Assembly (NCBI GenBank): GCA_023213395.1
Contig: CM041465.1
Coordinates: 194,501,741 to 194,565,740, forward strand
Direction of reading: 5' to 3'
Length of the DNA: 64,000 nucleotides
Source: Cycas panzhihuaensis
Lineage: Eukaryota > Plantae > Cycadophyta
Below, in pieces: positions 55,701 to 64,000 of the stretch. The notes under the pieces are model-generated. The model had not been told where the DNA came from. It saw only the letters and a program-made list of their open reading frames with translations, and ran no database searches. Position 1 is the first letter of the stretch. Each line of letters starts with the position of its first letter. The position numbers and the translations under genes were made by a program.

Positions 55701-55980
55701 CATGCAAGGTGTCAACTATCACCTTGCATGATCTTATGTTTAATATTCCTTACGTTCAATGTAACTGCCTCTTTTGTTGCATATGCGAGGCTTTTTGTAT
55801 GTAATGTTTCATATAATGTATTTTACACATGAGAAATTAATGCAAGTCATATCTTTCGAGCCTATGAGTAATTCATTGCCTCCTTTTGTGAATGTTTTAT
55901 TGAAATGTTTATTGTTTACATTGTGTATGTGAATGAGTTTTGAACCTGGGTCTAAACCAAGCCTGATCCTGACTCTTTCA
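52736..55980 (+). mobile_element. Element L: internally deleted Copia (RT and RNase H only) nested in J
   Basis: LTRs 52736-53211 and 55504-55980, TSD CCATT/CCACT, PBS tggtatcaaagc 53214-53225, PPT aagggaggg. RT/RH remnants ~53960-55490 (FLNGDLQEEIY, LYIDDL, RTKHIEVHHHFIR); gag, PR and INT absent. Confidence 0.93.
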
Positions 55981-56014
55981 CCACTATCTATACAATGATG
56001 GCCATGTAGGCCAT

Positions 56015-56081
56015 TGTTGCTGCAACCTCAAACTGCTATTGATAAGGTGTTGTTGCTACAACCTCAAACTGCTATTGATAA
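56015..56081. repeat. 36-bp tandem duplication inside element J
   Basis: ttgttgct(g/a)caacctcaaactgctattgataa occurs twice. Confidence 0.85.
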
Positions 56082-58012
56082 TGTGCATAACTAGGGTAGG
56101 TACCATAGACATATATCATTAAATCTTAAGGAGAAGCTTCATATCCTTGTCCTGACAGTCATAAAGAAAAGTGTTAGAGGGATCCGCAAAGTTTGAGTCA
56201 TGCCCCTCTCCCTTGCCATGTGACTAACTACCATGTAGAGCTTCCATGATTTCCTCTTATAGTTGCCACATGTTCAACTACATGAACAATAAAGAGGCAA
56301 AATCATGTGAAGTATAGCATTATGGCGTTTCATGGCTTGAACGCTACCTTACGCATCGATATTAGACACTTTAGGAGCACATATCGAACACTTTAGGAGT
56401 GCCCACTAGCTTGATGCATCCAACAACCCTCAATGACATCAACTCACCATAGATACTCCCCTCCAAACAATAGCTACCATATATTTTGCAAACCTTCAAT
56501 ATCAAATCGCCCTTACCGCTTAATGGCTTCTACATAGCCATAGCCATGTATGCTCAAACAAAATTTCTTTCAATAGTAGGTTAGATAATCAACAGATCCA
56601 CACTACATTATGGAGGTTTCTCACACAAATATCATTGCCAAGTCACCCAACAAATAAATGAAGCACTAAATTTGTCTAATCAATTGTCAATCCATATTCA
56701 AATTTCTGATATGTAACATCAATGGTGAGTAAGCACGAATGCAACCAATAAACAAAATGATATATGGCTCACAAGGGTTTCTGCAAGATGACCAGTCTTG
56801 CATAAACCTTCAATACCTCCATCAATCTATGGACTCCATTCAAAACCTACATGCTCGAGACTAAGATCCCACACGCGCAAAAAAATGTCTACAAAATATT
56901 CAGTAATAAAACATTCTCACCATGAATTTAATCAAATCGCCCCAAAAACGTTCATTCTTGAACTGGTACATACAGGCTAGCAGGTCCTTGAACAGGCATT
57001 AGCTCTTCTTTTCTCTAAACTCTTGATTGAAATCTCCTATGTGAGTCTCTTCAATTTTCCAGCTCATATACCATGTTAGAAAAAGATAAGCATTATAACA
57101 TAATATGTAACAACGAGGTGAATAAAGATGCAATATATAAATGAATCAAAGAATGAAGTATGTACAAACACATAAGACAATAAAGCTCATGGGAAATGAT
57201 CATGTCCAATTATTGTATTAGGTATGAATACATATTTATAGTACATAGACACCTCACGATTGTCCAATCACATATGAGAACCATTATGTCCACCACTAAG
57301 ATGATGCATGGACACATGCATATGCACACACCTTAATGACACATTATAATAGTACATGAGAAAGCTAGGGGACACCTTAACATTAACCCAACATTAAACA
57401 TTATTTCTAACAATAGGTCCTCTAAGACGGTTCTCCAATCTCATGAGCCCTCTATGAGGTGAATGGTTTCTATACATATATACCTATTCTACTGCAATAG
57501 ATGAAGAATGATCATCCTTCCAATTTCTTTTGTATTTTAGATTGGTGCATATTTCATACTTCCTTATCATGGTATCATGGTTTCTTGTATAATGTTTCTA
57601 ACATGATATCAAAGGATTTCATTCAAATATTTATAACACAAGTAATCCTTACCATGTTGACTACGAGTTCATGTGATAAGATCAATGAGATGCCGAAGTC
57701 TAATCACTAGGCACCAACTACAAAGGGTTATCCAATTAGCAACCTTCACTTACCTTGTGTCTCATGCACATTGTATTGTAGATGGAACATCAATGGAAGA
57801 AGGAATATTGGACATGCAATTCCAAATACTTCAACATAATTCCCCAAACTCCCTGCAACAAGCATGCTTCTCCATGTCAACATATTATTCAGCATTCCTT
57901 ATTATCAATGTGCAACAAGCATGTTAGTTTCAATTCCAATTGTTCCTACACAATGCTTTCAAAGAAAAGCATGCTATGAATGGCTTGGAATGAACATATT
58001 TTTGTGCTTAAT

Positions 58013-60816
58013 CATAAGTAGTAGGCAACCAATATAGATTAAGGTCATTATGTCAAATCTAAATTCCCAAAAATGTCCCTTAAGTGGCCATTTCTGTTTT
58101 AGAACCATTGAAATGGCCTAGAAACAAGTAAACAACCCAGAAATATTTTTGGGACATTTTTAGCTACACATGCCTTTCATGGGGCCCACATGGTAGACGG
58201 GCCCCACCCAACTTAAGTTAGCATGTTACTTTTCTTTTTATGTGCTTTTTAATGATTTAAAAATGTAAAAACGTAAATTTTTAAAACAAATAATAAAAAC
58301 CAAAAATTGCAAACCCAAAACCATGGGCAAAAGCCATAGGCTAAACCCATGGTTTTTAAACTCAATTGCTATTTGATCTCAACTTTGAGTATGGATTCCA
58401 CTTTCCAATCCATTCATCCACTGATTGAAGTTTGTTTTTAGTTGATATTACTCCATTGCAGGTGATTAAAATGGCTTTACAATCTTGTGTTACTAGTGGC
58501 CACAATGAGACAGTAGATATCAACGATTCTCCCCTTTGGAAATATGTGATAAAGATCTCAACATTTGTTGGAGGAGGATCTCATTCATGGAAGTATGATG
58601 TATGTGATAAAGGTTCATATTCTAAAGTGAAGGCTCGCTTACTCCGTGAACCTAACAAAGGAATTGTCAGACGCCCATGATTGTCTCCCTCAACCATTCA
58701 GAAATGCCAGAAAAGGTGGGTAATACATCGTCTGCAAAAATGTTGAGAAGACAAGCAGCACAAGGCGAGGGATCCTTATCAACCACTACAACTAGAGTGG
58801 AGAAATTAGTGGAGGAATCCAAAAATAGGGCACGCACTCAAACTAGCCCAATCCCATCAATATTCAATGTGCATGACAAGTAGAAAGAGGACACCAGAGT
58901 CACACCTTGCATTTATAGATGTGGATTAACCTTTAACGTAGTTTGCTCACCATATTGGCAAGATATGGTGCGAGCCATCAATATAGCACCATAAGGTTGT
59001 GTGAGACCAAAATATGAGAGGGTTTGCACCTCGCTCCTTCACAAGGAGCAAAGTTTAGTGGAATCCATGTCGAAGCACATTAAGGCTTTTGGATTAATTC
59101 TAAAATCTCCATTGTTGCAGATGGGTGGATTGATCGAGTAAATAAGCCAGTCACAAATGTTATTTCCATGTCATCCAAGAGTGCCATATTCATCAGTGCA
59201 ATTCATTGCACAAAAGAGACGAAGGATGCAAATTTTATTACTAACATTCTTGTGCAAACAATAAAATATGACTATGCTCACAATGTCTTGCAACTAATCT
59301 AAGATAATGCACCTATTTTTCAAATCATTTATCTGTTTAATCATCTCTACAATTCATTTATCAATAATATGAGTATTTATCTATTGTGTAGGTGATCATA
59401 GATAATGCCCCTATTTATAGACCTACTGACATGTTGATTGAGGCAGATACTAGCATGTCTTTTAGACCCCCTAAATTGTCTACAGTTTGAACCTCATACT
59501 AAAGGAAATAGCGACAAAAGAGACTCATCCACAATTAACAATGATCAAAATGGTTTGTAAGCAAGCCAAAGACGTCTAGAAATTCATCACCAACCACCAT
59601 GCCCCACAGTTGATCTTACAACAGTATTTGATGCTAGAGCCCCTCAAGGTTGTCAATGCCAGGTTTGCTTCATGTTACATTATGTTGAAACATTTTGTTG
59701 ATGTAAAATCTACATTGATGCATATAATAATAGTTGCAAAATGACAAGCATGGAGGCAATCCAACACTGAAAAGGCATTAATGTGCCAACCAGTGTTGGA
59801 TGAGATATGTTGTGAGGACGTACAATTGATCTTAAATATGTGGGAGCTCATAATAACCTTACTTCATAAGACTGATACAAATAAGTATGGGTGAGATATA
59901 TGATAACATCAATACCAAGATTGAACATGTGCAAGATGTCATTTTTTCTACAAAGAGGCTTAGTTATAACGATCTTTTTGACAAGAAATTCATAGCATAA
60001 GGAATTCTAGGTAGAACAAATTCAACGCCCATTTGCATACCTTAGCCACAAGTTGAATCCAAGGTGCTATGACATTTCCTATGTCTAGTCAAACAGTGAC
60101 AGGAGGCTGCCACAAAAGGGTGAGGAAGTTTTTAGTGGTTTCAAAGAGGCCATTAAAAAACGATTTCCAGATCTTGATGATGCCTTGCAAATTCAAAAAG
60201 AATTTGTTGAATTTGCTAGTTTTGCTAATTGGACTGGCCCGATATTTGGAGACATGCAAGCAATGATTGATAGTAGCAAGATGGATAGAGTCATGTGGAT
60301 GGGCAATCAATGGTGTAGGGGCTGACATGGTGCAGTCACTTGCCATTCGGAACAATCAATTTTGAATCTCTAGTCCTTTGCATTTCCTACCTCACATACA
60401 TGCACCTACATTGCATTCTCTGATAGAAGCATCATCTTCAACAGCTAGTTCAGCAAACTTTCAAAATTGATCTCATGATGATCTTGATGATTTTTTTGAT
60501 ATGTGATTATTTATTTGATGTGCATCATAAAAATTAAATTTATAATTGAATCTTCATGTCATTTTGACATTTTATGAATCAGATTCTCTTTCAATTCTGT
60601 ATTTTCTATTTTTAAATGCATAGATGAATTCTGTGTTTTCAATCTTAAAATGCAAATACCCTTTAAATTATATTTTTACAATTGATAAATGTTAATAATT
60701 GTTTCAATTTTGTATTTTTCTACTTCAAATGTGTATGTGTGTACAGAAAGTGTATGGTTGCTTCTGCATTTCTGGGATTTTTTGAAACTGGCATTTCCAT
60801 GTTTCGGGCTACTTAG
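58013..60816 (+). mobile_element. Decayed hAT DNA transposon (BED finger, DUF659-type transposase)
   Basis: DSPLWKYV..GGGSHSW..GSYSKVKARLL; CIYRCGLTFNVVCSPYWQDMVRAI; SIVADGWID; DNAPI; dimerisation-like W..NG.GA..VQSLAIR. Putative TIRs (c)ataagtag / ctacttag with a 5/8 TSD match; ends are approximate. Confidence 0.8.
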
Positions 60817-61943
60817 TGTCAAATGCTCCCATTTTGCATTATCCACCTTAATGTGGAATAATGGCCTCGTTAAAAGTAATTGTTCTTTGTTGACTAGTAG
60901 GAAGTTGGGTCAAATTTCAACCCCACCATAATTAAAATGAACCCCCAACCTACGGTCAGTTCCTACACTAGGATCTATTGAAAGCATAACAAATAATCAT
61001 AGGTTTTGCCAAGGTTCTGTAGCATCTTTTGGCACATCATAGAGATGGGTACCTTGCAAATATTAATGTTACATGTCTAGAAAAACCTGCACAGACTTGG
61101 CTGCAAACTCTGAAAAATTACATGAGTGGATCCTTTTAGAAGCCAGAAGTATTATGTTCATAACATGGATGTTCCATGTATTCTATGTAGAAAGTTTTCT
61201 CAGAACTATTGAATCTTTGTCATTCTGTTTTTTGGAAGGTGCATTTATTGGGTTGATGGATTCAGAATTGTAACTACTTTTTGCATTGGCTGCCTCTATG
61301 CCAGGTAGACTTGAATAATTTGCTTATATTCTTAATGAATGTTATCATGGTCTGCTGAATTTCAGTGCCAGTCTCAGATGACCTACAGTTCTTGTTCCAT
61401 TCACACGAGGGGGTGTGCTGTTGTATTTTCAGGAGGTTATCTTGTATATATCAAGCCTGTAACATGTACATGTCTAGAATATTCAGAACAACAATCACCA
61501 TTCAACAGTTATTTCTTGTCAGCAAACTTAACCAAGGAACTATAATGTCATCCCTATTTCAGCAGCATGACCCCCAACCATTAGCAATAATCAATAGGCT
61601 GTTATATTTACAGGGAAAAACCGTAAATATAACAATTTCTGTTATCAAGTTTTGTAACTGTTCACCCTATGAATTTACCCACTGTTGCTTATGAACAAAG
61701 TCCTTAAATGCGAAAAGAATAAAACAGTTCCAAGTTGCTACCATTCATTCTTGCACCATTCCTGTCAAACTAACAAACCTGACTTGATCTTGTGTTAGAT
61801 AGTTGTAACCTCCTTGAAAATTCACCTTTGAGTGCTTCCTTTGATATAGGGTTGGCCAAGGGTTGTATATTTGTCAAGCCAATCCCAATGGCTAAGAGGT
61901 ATTCAAAGGCTCAATGAAAATGCAATAAAAATTCGACACATGC

Positions 61944-62132
61944 TTTACAAACAAGTGCATTTCACATTGAAGTCAATACCACGCAGTGTAAGGGAATGAA
62001 ACCTGCAAGAAATTACTTTCAAACACTCAATTGGAAATCTGCTAAAAGTTTAACATAAGTTTACAAACAAATGCATTTCGCAGTGGAGTCAGTACCTTGC
62101 AGTGTAAGGGAATGACATGTGCGAGATATTAC
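61944..62132. repeat. Diverged duplication (116-bp period) near the 5' end of intron 2
   Basis: tttacaaacaa.tgcatttc...gcagtgtaagggaatga at 61944 and 62060. Confidence 0.85.
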
Positions 62133-62383
62133 TCACTAAACAGATTTTTTAATTTCAACTACCAAACATTTTTCAAAGTAGGATGAGACATCCAGTTAAA
62201 TGATAATTCCCTTTTTCTCCATAATAGCCAAATGTGAACCATAACAAAATCACTGTATGCACAGACACACACAAATATGAAGCAAAACGAACAAAGCTAC
62301 CAGCACAGACACAATCAAAGCAATTATTGCTGGCCTGCGTCAGCAATTAATCCTTGGGGTTTCAAAGGAGGAATACAGCTCAC

Positions 62384-62575
62384 CATATTCGGTACTTTGG
62401 AACCAAAAAGCCCTGCAATGGCATGCGGCGTTGCCATGTCAACATCTCCCCATGCAAAAGCCCCGGTTTCATCTTTGTCACTGACCTGCTGTCCTTGGAA
62501 GTAAACAAGTTCCGGTTCTAAAGCCTCTAAATTTAGTCGCAACTCATCCTTTGTAGGATTTCGAAGAATCTGGAC
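62384..62575 (-). CDS. ARID4: ARID4-like coding exon 2
   Basis: gtgcag|GTC acceptor and ATG|GTGAGC donor; 192 nt. VQILRNPTKDELRLNLEALEPELVYFQGQQVSDKDETG...LFGSKVPNM matches FQVLNNPTPEEF...VYLQGE...LFGSTLPTT. Confidence 0.92.
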
Positions 62576-62998
62576 CTGCACTTATTCTTATTAACTTGGG
62601 CAGCCCCCAAAAGAATTGACATTCTTTGCGTCATTAACCAAGTAAAACTCCAGCAAGGAACAGTCTAGTAAATTCCCGGGCATCACTCCGCAACAGGAAT
62701 AATTCAACAAATTCCCGCAAGAAATACAAATTTATGGTCCAGGACGAACAGTCAATCACACAGCAGCCTCTAAAGATTTCCTCAAGTAAGGGATTCCTCC
62801 CACTGACTGTCATGTATGGGTAAATTCCAGCAATGGTTTGCTAGGTGTCTCGCCACTGCATTATTACTGAAATTTAACTTAACATAACCGTCTAGGGAAG
62901 TGGTCCTTACCGAGTATCGCTACAAAAGAGTGGCCTTTAAATTTCTTCATTAAAAAATATTAAAAGGCAGGAAGAGACAGAAGGTAAGTGAGGCCAAC

Positions 62999-63250
62999 CT
63001 CTAAACGTCCGGCAGTAGAGAGTTCTGCAAGCCCGTCGAGAGTTCGATCCTCCCCAGCCTTCAAATATTTGTCTTTCCCGGTAGAGGCACTAGAGAATGA
63101 ATTGCCTGGTGAAACTCCTTGATCTTCTATATTCAAAACTGTCTGTTTGTTCGGCTGAAGATCACTCGAACCCCTGCTCTTACCACAGACAACTGCCAGA
63201 AGAGTACAAGTGTGTTTTACGGGCTTGGACAAGGCTTGACCGCGCAACAT
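62999..63250 (-). CDS. ARID4: ARID4/ARID5-like (At3g43240 homologue) coding exon 1
   Basis: ATG at 63250. MLRGQALSKPVKHTCTLLAVVCG...LAELSTAGRLE resembles the remembered N-terminus of At3g43240 (MFHGQG...CNVVAVVSG...DLSSSGRLK). Donor GAG|GTTGGC at 62998; 252 nt, phase 0. Confidence 0.88.
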
Positions 63251-64000
63251 TGTTCATACATGACAACCACCACGGCGCCCTGTCAGACCACTAAACAATC
63301 CCCCAAAACAAACACTCTGGACCTCTCGGTCTCGGACAAACAACGAGCACTGCAAAAACACATCGCCGTCTCATTTCTGAAATATCCCGAGAACTATAAC
63401 CGCGCGGTTCCCCGACCAGCACAGGAAGCACTACAGCCAACAGTCCCCCCGCTAATGTGACCGCGTCCTGTGTTCTTTATGTCTAACATTTCCCACAAGT
63501 CCTACTCAGACCGCTCCTCAGTTTGCAGAACGACCCCACGTCATCCGGTGTCCAGCCCCCCTGTACATTCTCAAATAATCTTTCATTATGTCCAAGGAAC
63601 GAATGCCCTGCCCCTGTCCAGAATCAAAATTCAGAAATCTTAAAAATTGCCCGCCGAGATCTTCCGGGCTACAGCGAATTCAGATCTTGCGGGGGAAATG
63701 CTCGAGAGAATCCACGAGTTCCTTGAAACCCTGGCGGAAAAGTAAAGCCCTAATGGGAATGGAAACGGTAATGTGCATGTTCATGATACTTGTAATGGTA
63801 ATGCCGTTTTCTCGTTCCTAGTGCTGTAGGATTGCACGGTCTGAGATAGCAGCCAGCCCTGCATCTGCATCTGCATCTGACAAGAACCTCGTAACGATGA
63901 ATGGTTAGAAGAAGAGGCGCTGATTAGCAGGGAGCACTGCCTGCAAAAGAAGTGGATTTATTTATTTATTTATTTAACCTCTGGATCCCATGGGGACTCT
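63251..64000 (-). promoter_or_regulatory. CpG-retaining 5' UTR/upstream region with a probable 5'-UTR intron acceptor at 63280
   Basis: gtctgacag|ggcgcc lies 29 nt before the ATG, preceded by GU-rich sequence. CpG is visibly more common here than in the old TE regions. Donor and TSS were not located. Confidence 0.45.

Larger units (their letters stand above)
50769..57412 (-). mobile_element. Element J: non-autonomous (LARD-like) LTR element inserted in the 3' LTR of K
   Basis: LTRs 50769-51096 and 57074-57412, perfect TSD ATAGG, degenerate PBS gctcatatacca 57062-57073, PPT poly-C 51099-51108. Internal ~2.7 kb (excluding L) has no recognisable pol. Confidence 0.9.
41815..57638 (+). mobile_element. 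Element K: old non-autonomous Copia-type element hosting H, J and L
   Basis: 5' LTR 41815-42195 with PBS tggtattagagc (42196-42207). 3' LTR split into 50606-50768 and 57418-57638 by J. Perfect TSD CAAGT (41810-41814, 57639-57643). Its own internal sequence is ~2.7 kb with no pol motifs seen. Confidence 0.85.
39500..57980 (-). mobile_element. Highly decayed LINE (endonuclease and RT remnants at ~39500-41814 and 57644-57980), split by element K
   Basis: Faint motifs in the expected order: NVHETQ (~57765), LVMDNFNEHG (~41765, cf. IMGDFNAHVG), SIEFIL (~41585, cf. IDYIL), DW..LPI.K (~40800), D.AFDV (~40550). Boundaries are uncertain. Confidence 0.4.
2174..62383 (-). other. Giant spliceosomal intron 2 (60,210 bp) of the ARID4-like gene
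   Basis: GTGAGC donor at 62383 and TGCAG acceptor ending at 2174. The flanking exons are consecutive in the homologous protein. The other complete introns are 423, 1315, 87 and 125 bp. Confidence 0.85.

Noticed and set aside
58040-60850. Alternative hAT termini taaggt...acctta
   Set aside because: The right-hand motif overlaps a sequence also found at 16343 that looks like an LTR start, so it is probably not the TIR. The hAT ends remain approximate.
62960-62998. C-terminal VGLTYLLSLPAF of the 96-aa ORF as a real protein end
   Set aside because: It is read-through into intron 1; homology resumes in exon 2 after the GT donor at 62998.

Overview
Plant genomic DNA, probably from a large-genome non-flowering vascular plant (inference from intron size and TE content). 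The window holds the 5' half of one minus-strand gene, a homologue of Arabidopsis At3g43240 (ARID4 in UniProt naming, ARID5 in the ISWI literature). Six coding exons reconstruct in frame with GT-AG junctions: 63250-62999, 62575-62384, 2173-2120, 804-716, 628-355 and 229-173. Intron 2 is 60,210 bp and consists almost entirely of nested transposons: two decayed Ty3/Gypsy elements, several Ty1/Copia elements and non-autonomous derivatives (six with paired LTRs, PBS, PPT and 5-bp TSDs), solo LTRs, a decayed LINE and a decayed hAT transposon. The main observations are: (1) a stem-loop enclosing the PPT/3'-LTR junction in all eight Copia-type 3' ends, with arm sequences that differ between families; (2) a TSD-flanked insertion bounded by two inverted LTR U3 ends; (3) a TR-GAG-like element with a long non-pol reading frame; (4) CAG/CTG-focused errors suggesting some 'dead' elements are intact but methylated; (5) a chromatin-factor gene that must splice across 60 kb of probable heterochromatin. 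All alignments and identities were done by eye.
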